Shown here in pieces: positions 11,827 through 24,700 of a DNA stretch of 64,000 nt (position 1 is the stretch's first letter; each line of letters starts with the position of its first letter). Position numbers and translations under genes: made by a program. A model generated the notes under the pieces. That model was not told the origin of the DNA, made no database searches, and worked only from the letters and a program-made list of their open reading frames with translations. This DNA is from Naegleria gruberi (lineage: Eukaryota), in assembly GCA_000004985.1 (NCBI GenBank), contig GG738847.1. One strand, given 5' to 3'.

Positions 11827-13019
11827 GTTTTACAAGTTAGAGTTTCATACGGGTAGACTTTCGTGTTCTTTGATTCGAATGGAGTCAATGATTTTTTTTT
11901 TGACTTGTGGCGTGTGACTGTCACTGCTAAGCTATCTAAAGAAGGCAAGAACCCACATAATGTGTGAATGAGAGTAAATCTTGACCGATTTGAGTGAATG
12001 GACCGCTTACAATATTGTAAGATATTAACTCGTAAAATTTTCCCTTTGAAAATAATGCGAATCAAATTAACATTTTTACAAATTTTTATACAATAACACT
12101 TTTGAATCGTTTGAGTTTCACAGATCAGTAAATAGTATTCTGATTTGTTTAAACATGATTTACAACCCTTATTACAAAAAAATGAAACAACTGAAGATGA
12201 TGATGTAGGATACGAACCAAAAATTAAAAGGCTAAAATCTGATCATCCAACCAATGTTAATATCACCATTAATTATTGTCATCAGTACTACCATATATTT
12301 AACCACACGATTGATATTTATAGATGGAGTAGAGAATCACTAGACAAATGCAATGCTCCGAAAAAAGCTTGCATATTTCGTTTGTGGCGGAATGATTTCA
12401 TCCATTGACATATCATTATTGTGCCAAATAATCGAAGAAAATATAATCTCAATGTAATAATTATTGGTAACCAGTGATGGATTAACTTTGCTTGGTAAGG
12501 AAACAAGCAATTATATTCTATCAACAGATGAATGTTTCAAAAGTTATCACTATTACAAACAATCTAATAGATTGTTCTCTATCAAAGATAGCTCTATATT
12601 TGAGATCGATATTGAGATTGAAAAACACTCTGTGGTCAATCTTTTATCTAAAGATATTAGGGATGCTGTGGAAACATTAGGAGGAAAATCCAAAACATTT
12701 TCAAGCGTTCCAAAAGTTCCACTCTCTATTAATTATTTCCAACAAAGAAATTATTAGTTTTATCATTCACATGATATTGATGCTTCAATAATTTTGAATG
12801 TAGCCCCTGGAATAGATAGTAGTTGTAAAAGATTGAATGTTAATGATATTGGTGAGCCAACCATAAAAGATAAGCCATTTAAATTTGTGTTTACTTACCG
12901 AATAATTCAAGATACAGACCTAATATTGATTGGTAGCAATCTCACAAAGAAAAACTATGGTATGGAAGGGGTTTTGGGATTGTTTCATGTTCAAAAGTAC
13001 GCATTTTATATTAGTTAAT

Positions 13020-14078
13020 TTAATTCTTTGTAAAACTCTTCTTTACACTCTTTCTAATTTGTTTCCAAGTTCCCTTAATTCCACCATAACATTGAATATA
13101 ATCAACCAAGGTCAATACAATAGTATACAATACAAAGAAGATAATAATTGAAGCACAAACAGCTGAGCATACACTGACCACTTGATTTGCCTTTTGTTTG
13201 ACACTAACTGCAAATAAGGCCCAAGAAAAGACACTTGCAAATACGAAATCACGTTTCCAATGGAGAAAGATAATTCCCAAACAAACAATAACACCTTCCA
13301 AAATGCATGTCCAAATTACATTAGAAACTCCCCACAATGATCTCTCATAAATATTCGATTCTGTGGTGGAAAAGTGAGTAGTGAGAGTAATGGCAATATT
13401 AATAGTGGTGGCAACACTAATCCAACCCATATACAAACTAATCATTGGTTGAACAATCCAATATTCCCAGAAATTGCATTTTCTTGTCATGGTGAAAGAA
13501 TTTACAAATTTAGCAAGAATTGAATTTCCTTGAATGGTAGGTTTAGAATTTTCCTTTTTTGATGGTTCATAATAATGCACATTCACTCTCAAATACATTA
13601 AAATCAAACTAGCCAAAATTCCAAACATGAAAACCAAACTCAACCACAACAATCCAATATTTCCACGTGCAGAATATTGCCAAGCAAACATCCACAAACA
13701 ATTAAAAAGGAAATTGACAGGTAATAGGATTGAAATCTTTTCATTCAACAGTTCATTATTTCTTCCCATAATCAAGCTCTGAACAGTATTAATAACAATT
13801 ACCAAGGCAATGAATGTATAAATTAATCCCCAAATGGAAAATGCATAACCTGCAGGAGTGAGTGGAGTTTCATATTCATCAGAAACCTTTCCAGTTGGAA
13901 TGTTATTCAAAATTCCAGCCGCTCCCAATGCATTCACTATAATTACCAATATAAAACCAATGATATTGAGGGCAGGAATTAATCGGAGTTGAATCTTTTG
14001 AAATTTTGATGGAGATGGTGCAGAATTTGTGTTTGCTGATTCGTTCATCATTGGATCTTCATTTGTTTCTTCATACAT
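13020..14078 (-). CDS. Multi-pass (~8 TM) membrane protein, 352 aa. The N-terminal half carries a Trp-rich motif faintly reminiscent of the TspO/MBR family (PAGYAFSIWGLIY ... CLWMFAWQY). Function unknown.
   Basis: Complete ORF MYEETNEDP...KSFTKN with many hydrophobic ~20-aa segments. The family assignment is only a motif-level impression. Confidence 0.65.
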   Translation of the reverse strand: MYEETNEDPMMNESANTNSAPSPSKFQKIQLRLIPALNIIGFILVIIVNALGAAGILNNIPTGKVSDEYETPLTPAGYAFSIWGLIYTFIALVIVINTVQSLIMGRNNELLNEKISILLPVNFLFNCLWMFAWQYSARGNIGLLWLSLVFMFGILASLILMYLRVNVHYYEPSKKENSKPTIQGNSILAKFVNSFTMTRKCNFWEYWIVQPMISLYMGWISVATTINIAITLTTHFSTTESNIYERSLWGVSNVIWTCILEGVIVCLGIIFLHWKRDFVFASVFSWALFAVSVKQKANQVVSVCSAVCASIIIFFVLYTIVLTLVDYIQCYGGIKGTWKQIRKSVKKSFTKN

Positions 14079-14275
14079 TTTTGAATAGTAATAAAATAAA
14101 TATTGTGATTATTGTTGATGCTTGTTGTATTGTTTTTTTATGTTGTTTTTCAAAAATCTAGGGTTAAATCTGAAAAGTTGAGATTCAAGTATGGATAATT
14201 GTCGTAGAATTGCGTACTTGAGGCGCGCTTTACAATCGAAGATAAAATATTATATCAATGATGAATTGAAGTTGT

Positions 14276-15529
14276 TTATTCGTTTTGATGAGAATGTGTT
14301 ATTAAGGAATGGTTTCGTATTTGAAGTAGATACCAATGTAGTAATTTGAGCTTTGTCAATATTCTACTAATTGCATAATTCCAATTCTCTGTCGATTTGT
14401 TCATCATTGGAAAATTGAGACATTTGAGAATGACTTTCAAAGTCTTGTCCTCCAGGAAGAATGTCGAATGTTCTGAAATAAATAACTTTTCTGGTGCATG
14501 TGTTTCCAAGTGATTACACAAATCGTAGAGAATTCTAGTGAAATATTTGACTCCCTCATTGAAATTGGATGTATTGTTTCCATTCAGGAATAAATCAAAG
14601 GTTTTTCCTTCATAGTAAATTTGAGTGAATTCTCCTAAGAATATTAAGTTTGCTTTGCTATCTGAATTGTAATGATTCAATGGAGGTGGAAGATTTTGGA
14701 TATCCTTAATGAGAGAAAAGAGCATTTGACAGCATCTAGTCCAACCATGATTGCTGTCATGTATTATTTGTGAATCAGAACGATTTCTGTCAATACTCAA
14801 AATATAGCCATCAATTGTACTTTTCGAGTAATCAATGAGACAGAAACTTGGACTTATTGAACCCCTATTCATTAATAGCAATCTCTCTTCTTTCAATACT
14901 TTGTCAATTTCTATATCCATTAAAAGCTCATTATTCTCCTTCCAATAAAATTCCTCCTCTAATTGACAGATTTTTACAAATTCTGCATCAAGATTTGGCT
15001 GCTGATTTTTCTGTAGTTTTTCTATAGATAATTGAAGAGTCTTTTCCTCTTCCAATAATTCCATATATTCCAATTCCAATTTTTCAATAAGATTTCTCTC
15101 ATCCCCATCCTTACCTTCTTCCACTTTCTTCTCATATATCTGAATTGATTTCTCCAAAAATTTAATTTCATTCCCAAAAACGTTAAACACTTCTTCCAAA
15201 CATTTCCAACACGTCACTTTAAAATCTTTACAAATTCTCCCTTCACCAATCATTTTCTCAAAATATTGCACAATCAATTCATCATCATCATTATCAATTT
15301 GATCCATTAAAATTAATTTCCAATTAATTTTAGATTCAAATTCTTCATCATTTTCTTCATTTTCTTTGCTGGGAAGAGGAAAAATTAGTAAATTACAAGA
15401 AAGACAATGTAGAGGTGCATTCGGATCATTTTCTTGTGGTTGGTGGTGCTGTTCTGATGAGTGGCTGTATAATTGTGAAGAGGTGAGGTTTGCCATTTTT
15501 TTTTTGAAAATTCCTAATATTGGAATCAC
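14276..15529 (-). CDS. Coiled-coil protein with two N-terminal CxxC pairs (LHCLSCN ... VTCWKCL) and a C-terminal globular domain. Possibly Atg14/UVRAG-like (weak).
   Basis: ORF of 417 codons. The likely true ATG is at 15496 (aaaaaaaaATGGCAAAC, giving MANLTSSQLYS). The central heptad-rich EKLELEYMELLEEEKTLQLSIEKLQK segment indicates a coiled coil. Confidence 0.6.
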   Translation of the reverse strand: MIPILGIFKKKMANLTSSQLYSHSSEQHHQPQENDPNAPLHCLSCNLLIFPLPSKENEENDEEFESKINWKLILMDQIDNDDDELIVQYFEKMIGEGRICKDFKVTCWKCLEEVFNVFGNEIKFLEKSIQIYEKKVEEGKDGDERNLIEKLELEYMELLEEEKTLQLSIEKLQKNQQPNLDAEFVKICQLEEEFYWKENNELLMDIEIDKVLKEERLLLMNRGSISPSFCLIDYSKSTIDGYILSIDRNRSDSQIIHDSNHGWTRCCQMLFSLIKDIQNLPPPLNHYNSDSKANLIFLGEFTQIYYEGKTFDLFLNGNNTSNFNEGVKYFTRILYDLCNHLETHAPEKLFISEHSTFFLEDKTLKVILKCLNFPMMNKSTENWNYAISRILTKLKLLHWYLLQIRNHSLITHSHQNE

Positions 15530-15949
15530 GTTTTGTTGTAAACTTGAAACTCTTTTTCACGTTTTGGATTTATTGAAGATTGAAATTGTTCTCAATCTTT
15601 TTTAATCTAATAATTTTATTGTAATGTTTAGTCAACCCGACTAGAGTCGGAAATCAAACTGAAATATCTTTATCTCCAAGCACATGGAATCCAAACTAAA
15701 TTTACAACAACTATTCAATACAGTAAATAGTAGTGTGTGTTTTTGACTTTACTTTTTCCAAACATTCTTAAAAAGTTAACCTTCCAAATCCTCTTCTCCA
15801 AAATTATCATCATCACCAAACTCCAACCAACACCAAACAACACAATCAGCAAACACCATCAAACAATCAACGTTATTAATTTTTGCTTTGTGTTTGTGTG
15901 CTGAGATTTTCAATTCATTCGTGCTTGGACCTCACAAGCTTAAAAAAAA

Positions 15950-18900
15950 ATGTCCACTCGCAAAAGTTGTAAAAGAGAATCATCATCTCTGATAATGATG
16001 ATGATGGTGCTGATGGTGGTAGTGTTCATGTCATGCTCGGTGTTGTTGGTTGAGGGACAAACGTGTGCAGCCAATAAGAAGTATCCGAATAGTTATACTC
16101 ATTGTGTGGGATTGACTTGTGGAGGAACAACACCAATGATCTTTGTTAATAATCCAACATCACCAACCAGATCGGTTAGGAGAGAATTATCTCATCATCA
16201 TCTTTAACTAGTAGTAGTAGTAGCACTTCAGAAGAAATTGTATTGAGAGGAGATTTGCCTCTCACTGTTGGTTGTACATGTGATCCACTGGTTGATATTG
16301 GTGCTCGTTTTACTCAGTGTGATAATTCAACAAATACTAAATCAGCCTTCTACTTTTACAAACCACCTGCTGTATGTACAGGATATGAATTACCAACTCC
16401 AATCAGTGGTCTTCCATGTGATTTGGTTTGTGAGGAAGGCACTCGTTTGGATGTTAACTCAAAGAAGTGTTTACATTGTGAGCCTGGTAGTTATGCCCAC
16501 AGTGGTGAATTGTCCATGATTAGTTGGACTTCTACTGGTCTCGATCTTGATACCAATACTGGTATGTTTTTAATAATTTAATATTTAATCTAATTCTCTC
16601 TCTATTAATTCATTCATTCTGATCCTCGATCCTCTATCAAATCCTACGATTGTTATTATCTGATCTTACATTATTATTAATTAATATTTACAGAATCACC
16701 TGTTTTCCCACCACAAATGCGTTCCTATTGCAGTAATTATGCTTGGAGTTCAGCATGTTCACCTTGGCAACCAAGAGGTGATTATGTTGACAGTGGTAAT
16801 AATAGAGGAAAAAACTTTGCAAAGAATTACCTTGAATTTTATGTTGAAATTTCACAACTTGCTGTTGATAGTGGAAATGCTAGTGTTTCTTTTGAATATC
16901 AAGTTGATGCTGAACAATTTTATGACTTTTTCTTTTTCGGAATTGATAGTACTCAAGATTTCCTCATGAGAGCAGATCAACAACTTACTTGGAAGAAGCA
17001 AACATTTAAATTCAATAAGGCTGGTTTCCACACCTTGATTTGGGCCTATATTAAGGACAGTTCAAAGGATGAAGGTGAAGATAGAGCCAAGGTTAGAAAT
17101 ATTGTTATCAATGGTTCTGTTGATAAGGAAGTTGTTCTCAGATGTGAACTTTGTCCTAAGGGATCTGCTTCTGATGGTACTGTTCCATGTCAAAAGTGTC
17201 AACCAGGTACCTATGCTGATGAAGAAGGTTTGGATCAATGTAAGCCATGTGCTCCTGGAAAGACTTCTTTCTCTGGATCTACAGATTGTTTCTTGGCTGA
17301 TATTCCTTGTACTTCAGCTGATTATTCATACAGATATGGATCCACTTGTGAAAATGATTTGAGAACTATGGAATATTTCTGGGTTTCACCAATCATTTGT
17401 AATGCATCCAATCCAGATAGCGCTCCATTACCAGCATTATCTAATACTAAATGCTCTGAAACACTCAAATGTCCACTCGGTATGAAAAAGTCCATTCAAG
17501 GAAATATTCAATCCTGTGTTTATTGTGAACCTGGTTCATTCAATGATCATGATAATCGTAATAATAATGAAACTGAAACTGATACTCAACTCAGATCAAT
17601 TCAACATGCTGAAACTGAATGTGAAGCTTGTCAAACCAATGAAGCTTCCAAATATAAGGTTGTTCATATTTATGATGTTGTAGCTGGAATTTCATCACCA
17701 TATGTTTCCAGTTGTACTGGTGAATGTATGTCTGCTATTGGTTGGAGAGATCTTGGTGCTGTTGGTTTGGATTCGGGTACTAGTAATGGTAAATCAGTTG
17801 CCAAAGTCTTGTTCCAAAACATGCCAACTGTAAGTATGGAAGAAGATGTTACTCCATATTTCAGTACCAGATTGTTCCTTTCATGCCCAGCTAACAGTGG
17901 AAATAGAGTTGACTTTTTAATTGATGGTGTTGTAAGAAAGTCAGTCTTTTGTGGAGGATGCATTCCATTCGAACAAGATGAAAATGAAATTGAGGAAGAT
18001 TGGATGACTGTCGATGTTCCATTAACCCTTACTGAACGTAAGAAGCTTCCATTGACCTTTGAAGTTTACTTTGTTTCTGTTAATCCTGTTTCTACTGTTA
18101 ATGATACTTACAATTGTGATCGTGCTGTTATTTCAAAGGTTTCACTCTATGGTGTTGCCAATCAAGGAGGTGCTGTAGTTTGTAAGACATGTGCAGGTGG
18201 TAAATATCCATTGTTGGATGAATGTAAGGATTGTGCTGCTGGTTCTTATTCACCTCCTGGTAGTGCCAGTTGTGGTATTTGTAATGCTAATCAATTCAGT
18301 TATAATGCTAGTGATCGTTGTTATGATTGTGGTGAAGGACAAACTAGTGCTAAGGGAAGTCAAGCTTGTTCATGGAAAGGCCAAGTTTGTGAAAATACTC
18401 ATAATGTTGGTGGTGCTGACAAGACATTCAATATGAATAAGTTTAGTGAATTATTAGGTGGAGCCAGATTCTATAATCCAACCATCCTTGATGCCTCATT
18501 CTACTTTGACATTTGTAAGAATCCATCCTCTGTTAATCTTCGTTCAAATATTTTCAATTTCCAAGAACAGGAATTATATGATCTCATTAAGCCATTGAAT
18601 AGCATGATGGAAGTTGGTGAATATGCCAGTGTTTGTCCAGCCAATTCCTATGCTTGTATCAGATATAGAAATGGTCAAGTTGTTGATTTTGGTAACTCTC
18701 TTTCCATGACTCCAATTCTCGATAGCCACAATGTTGGTGTCAATATCACTTTGAGAAATTATCAAAATGTATGCTATAACAATGTTACTGGAAGAGATGG
18801 TCCATCAATGATTAGTGTTATTGCCATGTGTACTACAGACAGTGCCACTGAATCTTCTCTTGCTGACTCTCCAAGAATTGTTGCCACTGACGACAGCAGA

Positions 18901-19272
18901 TGTAACTTCCGTTTGGAAACATTGTCCATTCATGGTTGTCCATTGTGTACTGAAAGCAATTTCAATCGTTTGGAAGGTGAATGTTCCTCTGAAACAAAGA
19001 CCAGAACAATCAGATATGCCAGAAAGGAAGGATTGGTCAATAAGTGTGCCAGAGGAGATGGTGATTTGACCAATGTTGTCAAGACTGAAGCTTGTGAGCC
19101 ACTCTCAATTACTGCTCCATATTGGATTGTTGCCATTGTATTGGTTGTTGGTTTGGTCATTGTCATTGGTATTTCAATTGTTGCTGTCTTTTTATACTTT
19201 AAATACAGATCTATGGCTAAGAAGTATTACAGTCAAATAAGAGATGATGATACAACTAATCAAACTCTTTAG
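15950..19272 (+). CDS. Three-exon gene for a ~1030-aa cysteine-rich type I membrane glycoprotein. It has a signal peptide, GCC2/GCC3 (ephrin-receptor-like / TNFR-like) Cys repeats, a C-terminal TM and a short cytoplasmic tail with a YSQI (YxxPhi) sorting motif. Possibly ELAPOR/EIG121-like.
   Basis: Exon 1 starts at ATG 15950 and encodes a signal peptide (SLIMMMMVLMVVVFMSCSVLLVEG). Exon 2 ends at 16561, with phase-1 donor g|GTATGT. Intron 16562-16693. Exon 3 runs 16694-19272 after acceptor tttacag|aa; the junction reads ..DLDTNT-E-SPVFPPQMRSYCSNYAW. The exon 1/2 junction is unresolved: candidate donors are at 16081 (GTATCC) or 16092, with acceptors ending at 16223 or 16231. Repeats such as CELCPKGSASDGTVPCQKCQPGTYADEEGLDQCKPCAPGKTSF. 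TM is WIVAIVLVVGLVIVIGISIVAVFLYF. Confidence 0.7.
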
Positions 19273-19379
19273 TGTGAACATTAACTTGTGAATAAATGTA
19301 ATTAATCAATAATGGAACCTAGTGATCAATCCGATTTGACAAGTTTCAAATATTATTCGAAATTAAAATTTAAAAAAAA

Positions 19380-20688
19380 ATGGCAACCTCATCACTCACA
19401 ACAACCTTGACCAATTCACGTCCCTTCCTCATCGATGATTTATTAGAAGTAAACATTTACAAGGGCACTTCATTCCCAGTCACTGATTTGGATGGAACTA
19501 GTGATCCATACATTATTGTAAACAAAACTTCAAGTCAAAAGAATCAACCTGTTAAAACAAGTGTCATTCACAATTGTTTAAATCCCGTTTGGAATGAACA
19601 AGCAAAACTTGTTTATTCTACTATTAACAAATTTGATGGATTAAAATTTCAAGTTATGGATAAAGATCATTTGACTAGAGATGTAAGTTGTGTTTTTTTT
19701 ATTGGAAACTTTAATTTGTGAATATATTATTATTTATTTATTTGAATATATATAGGATAATGTTGGTGAGATTTGTATTGATATGAAATCTCTTCCTATC
19801 AATGTTTCTAAAAAAGATGTTAGAGCAATTAGTTCTAAATATTCCAATTCGAAACTTGAATTCGAATATCAATTGACTAGAATGGATCCATTGTTTTTGA
19901 ATGCAACGATTGATCCATCTACTCAATTACAATCATTTTCAAATTCAAAACTTGAAGGTTTGAATTTATTTATTCCAAAATCTTGGAAATTCATTGATTA
20001 TCATCACGAATCACCACATTACAAAATTGGTAATTTAGATTCGAATAGTGTTGTTACATTCTTGACTGAAAAGGGAAAGAATGATGAAACTGATGTTCAC
20101 ATTGATGTTTGTGAACATGTTAGTTTACAAATTGTAAACAGTTTGGAAAAATTCCATTCACGTGTTGAATTATTTGATTCCATTTATAGAAATCATTTAC
20201 AACATTACAATGAAGCTGATTTTGAATTGGTTAATGAAGAAGAAGGAAATCACAAATCAGATTATTTTGCAATTGGAAAATTATTCGAAAAGGAAGATAA
20301 TTTACAATATTATCAATCTCAATATGTTTTTAGAAAGAAATCTAAAGGTTCAGTTAATGAATCAGGACTCAAGATTCGTTATTTCCTTGTTGGAGAAAGT
20401 AGTGGAGATATGGATAAGGTTTTAATTGTTAAATTTGCAACTGAACATTCATTATTCGAAACCTTGTCAATGCATCAAACTAATCCTTCTTTAGTTTCTA
20501 AAAAGACAGATACCACTGGTTCTCATCTTCCTCTCATTGCTCAACCTTCTTTCGTATTGAAAAATTTACCACCAATTCCATTCTTGAAACAAGAAGAAAC
20601 TACTCAATCAGAAACTTCACAAGTTTTGAATTATAGAAAGATTGTTAGTGAATTACAACAAGTACTAATCAAATTAAGTTTCGATTAG
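19380..20688 (+). CDS. Two-exon gene for a C2-domain protein (~412 aa): N-terminal C2 domain plus a C-terminal region of unknown function.
   Basis: Exon 1 is 19380-19682 and ends ..DHLTRD|GTAAGT. The intron is 19683-19755 (73 nt, AT-rich). Exon 2 is 19756-20688 and starts DNVGEICIDMKSLPIN. C2 hallmarks: LEVNIYKGTSFPVTDLDGTSDPYIIV ... NPVWNEQ ... DKD...RD. Confidence 0.8.
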
Positions 20689-20932
20689 GTTGTTTTCATC
20701 ACTATTTCGATTATTTTCATTTAATTAACAGGAATGAGAAATTAGTCGAATCAAATTTAAATAAAATTGTAAAGAATTTCATGTTAAACAGTAATGTTTG
20801 GTGAAAATAATGAAATTTGATCGAGAATATTATGATCTGATGAAAAGTAATTGTTTCTAATACATTTTCATGTAGATTCGAATACTTGTAAAACGTCACT
20901 TGATTTGTTTGTCAAAATAATAATCAAAAAAA

Positions 20933-21729
20933 ATGTCAGCAACACAAACAACAACAGAAAAAGCTGAATTATTTAAAATTGCCGTAGTTGGGAGTGGAGG
21001 TGGTATGTTTCATAATATTCAATGTCATCATTCGAATAAATTCTAGTTGGAAAAAGTGCCATTACGCTCCGATTTGTTAATAATACATTCGTTGATTATT
21101 ATGATCCGACCATTGAAGATAGTTATTCGAAACAAGTGCTTGTTGATGGAAAAACTGTAAAACTAGAAATTTTGGATACTGCTGGACAAGGTATGAGTTA
21201 ATGTTTCGGATAAAAATTTATCAATTTTATCAATTTAAAGATGGTGAGTAGTTTAAATATTTACAGAAATGGTGAAATTAATTTAAAATTTAATCATCCT
21301 CACCACTTCAATTTGGGAATATCTTCAAAAATTATAATAGAATATGAAATATTACGTGATTCCTATATGAGAAATAATGATGGATTTATTCTAGTTTATT
21401 CCATGGTTGATCGTTCATCATTTGAGGAATTGGAGAAAAAGTTTATGAATCACATTGTTCAATGTAAGGATGGAAGTATGGATGTACCAATGGTGCTTGT
21501 TGGAAATAAATGTGATTTGGAATCAAGTAGACAAGTTCAAAAGAGTGTTGGAAGAGACATGGCTAAAAAGTGGAATATCCCATTTTTAGAATTGTCTGCA
21601 AAACAAGGAACTAATGTACAGGAATGTTTCCAAGCAATTGTTAGACAATTGAGAGAAATGAATGAGGAAGAGGATGGTCAACCAAAGAAAGATACTACTG
21701 ATGGACAAAAGAAGTGTCTGATTATGTAA
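20933..21729 (+). CDS. Three-exon Ras-family small GTPase (~201 aa) with a C-terminal CAAX box (CLIM).
   Basis: Exon 1 is 20933-21002 ([23 protein letters not shown]-), with donor g|GTATGT. Exon 2 is 21047-21190 ([48 protein letters not shown]), with donor g|GTATGAGT. Exon 3 is 21341-21729 ([21 protein letters not shown]...LVGNKCDL...[11 protein letters not shown]...CLIM*). Motifs G1 GSGGVGKS, G3 DTAGQEEY, G4 NKCD and G5 SAK are all present. Splice phases were checked. Confidence 0.8.
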
Positions 21730-21748
21730 ACTAGTAAATTTTGTAATT

Positions 21749-24700
21749 TTATTCAGCATCTTGTTCATATTCAAAGTTTTCAGATTGAACCTTAGTTTGA
21801 CCAACAAGAGCTCCTTCAACATACATACTAATAATGTAATTACCTGGTTTTTGAATCAAGTATTTGATTTGGAAAAGTCCTTCACCCACATAGTTAATGT
21901 TATACTTGATTTCTTCAGTTAGAGCATTGGTTTCTTCCTCAACGAAAGTGACCTTTACAGATTCCAATTCTTCCTCATCAGGATCAGTGTACTTGTTTCC
22001 TTGATCATCAAATAATTGAATTTGGAATGATCTTTCTGTAAGTTTGGCAAGTAATCCTCCTGGTGGAAGAATATTGATACCTCTTGCAGGAGAATTTCTA
22101 ACTGGAGCTCTATTCACCTTTACATCAATATTATATTTGCCAGGAACGAGTGGTGTCCATTCAACTTCATGTACACCATTTGGTTTTTCGGTAATCTTAA
22201 CCTTTTGAGGTGGATATCTGTCCAATGTTGGATCTTCTGGAGTTACATTAACAGTAACATCAGTAGCACCAGGAACTCTAACTGGTTTTCCATCCTTAGT
22301 TCTCAGTTTGACATCAAAAGTGATTGGTTTGTGTACAAATCCAGTCTTTGAAACTGGTCCCATTTCGCATCTGGTTGGATCTGGAGCATATTGTGAGTCA
22401 GTGACAGGAACTTGGTATGGGGAATCCTTAATTGGTTTACCCTTGTGTGCAATATTTACATTGTGAACACCAACATTAGTTGGAGTGTAAAGGTATGGAT
22501 AAACTCCATTCTCCTCAACTGGCAATGGCTTGACATTGACTTCATCACCATTTGAATCATGAACAGTAACATCAAATGACAAGTTAGGATCTTGAACTCT
22601 ATTATCATTGTGATCTCTAGCTTCCACATAGAAAATGGCTGGTGTATCGACAAAACCTTTCACCAAACCAGGACCATAGGCAATAGTGTTAGAAGGTTCA
22701 ATACCATCAGAGACAATCATTGGATGAGGAGAGAATTGAAGAGCTTGATCATTGAGTGTCAAATCAAAAGTGTAAATACCAGGTTGTTCTGGAACAAAGT
22801 CAATAGAATAAGTTCCGTCAAAATTATCGGTCAGAACATTATCTGGAGCTTCAAGTTTGATACCATTTTGTGTCTTTTTGTCTGGACGATAGTAAACTTG
22901 AGTGAGAATTGGTTCACCTCCACTCTTGACAGCAACACCTCGTTGATCTCTGGCTTGAACATTGAATTTGAGCGGGAGTCCATTTCTGCTGTACAAATCT
23001 CCACCATTCAATTCATTTCCAAATATTGTACACATTCCAGGGTCAACTCTTGGTACAGCTGTTATGGTAATGTCGGCAAGAATTGGAGAATCATTAATCT
23101 TGGCCTTGAAATTGTACTTTCCTGGAACTGGACAAACAAATGTAACATCATACTTGCCAGTGTCATTGTCGGAAATAAAGGTCATTACTTGATCACCAAA
23201 TTCACTCTCCAAAACAATTTCAACATCATCACCTCCACAAAGCTTCTTATCACCATTAGTATCGTATGTTGTGAGTGAGAATGTTTGAGGAACATCAACA
23301 GGAACAGTGGTAGACAACTCGGTCACCAAAGTACGAGTTGGATCCATTTCAAATTCAACCAACAAGTGAACTGGTGAATTATTGATTGGTTCTCCATTGA
23401 AAAGTACCTTAACTGGGAAAACACCAGACTTCTTTGGTATATATGGAACAGTATAACTACCATTATTATTATCCTTAATATCCTTAATATCCAAAACAGT
23501 TCCATCCTCCAATTCACATGTAACTTCATCTCCACCTTCAATAATATCCATTCCATTTTCATCCTTAGCTTGCACATAAAACTCTCCAGGACAATTCACA
23601 TAATTTGGTTTGTAAGGCTTTGTCTTTTGTTCAGGATTATACAATGAATCACCATAAGCCATAGCTTCTCTAGCCAAAGGCAATGGATGTACAGTAACTT
23701 GTCTCGGACCATACTTGCTTGGTTTTCCCTTCACCTTAAATTCAATTAAATAATTTCCAGGACCATCTGTTGGTATAAAATCCAATTCAAGTTGATCATT
23801 CTCATCATTCTCATCATTATTATCCATAACAGTCTTCTTCCTAGCCTTCACCACACCACAATTACCATTCGGTCCAACCCACTCAGCCTCCACTTGATCA
23901 GGTGGCACTCGTACATTTTTTCCCTTGTTATTTTTGGCGGTAAAGTTAATCTTACCGATTTGTCCACTTCGTAAGCCATCACGTAAGCCTCTTCCCTCAA
24001 CATTGATATCCTCAATGTCTTCCTCTGGTTCCTCGATTGGGAGGGTTGGAGGGATGAGGGGAAGTTTGAGTGGATTCTGAGAGATATTCTCCAATGTTGG
24101 ATCGATTGAGGAAGGTGTGTTGATGTGAGGCTGTGGTGGTTGTTGCTGCTCGAGAATGGCCTGTTGCTTACGTTGTTTCTTGAGGGCTTTCTCTTCCAAG
24201 TCAATGCAACGAACGCTAATGTGGAGATCGCCTGAAACTTTGTCTTTGGAAGTTCTCTTTTGGAGAGGAAGCCATACTGTTTGTTGAGGATGAAGAAGAT
24301 ATTTGTAATAAGTATTATTTGATGATGACGATTGTTATAATGGATCAAGTTGTGTGTATTATAATTGATGTATAAATTAATTTCATAATATTTTGATGAT
24401 GAAATTAATAATATATAATATATAATATTTAAATAAAAATATAACATGATTATAAAGGAAATAGAATGTGGAAAACTTACATTCAAACCACTTTCCAGTA
24501 GTTTCCTTCAAAGCAGCATAATCATTAAATCTAATAGTAACTTCTCCGAGAAAATCATGTTCATGATCATCACTCTTACTCCAATCGTACAATTCACAAC
24601 GAATATTCATTGGTTGTTTGGTCTTGGTCCAATTTCTACAATATACATTCAATGTTTGATTCCACTTTGGACTGGTTGTCTTCTTTTGGGGTTCAGTAGT

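Noticed and set aside
12145-13018. Cluster of 60-100-aa plus-strand ORFs between the F-box gene and the multipass TM gene. A possible small gene is among them (...ILSTDECFKSYHYYKQSNRLFSIKDSSIFEIDIEIEKHSVVNLLSKDIRDAVETLGGKSKTF...).
   Set aside because: No convincing start, no splice pattern joining them, and no recognisable domain. Their composition is intermediate. They cannot be distinguished from spacer noise without expression data.
22169-23278. 228-aa plus-strand ORF 22592-23278 and its neighbours, overlapping the filamin-repeat gene.
   Set aside because: Antisense shadow of an intact 2.5-kb coding exon. The composition is Ile/Asn/Ser-rich and not protein-like.
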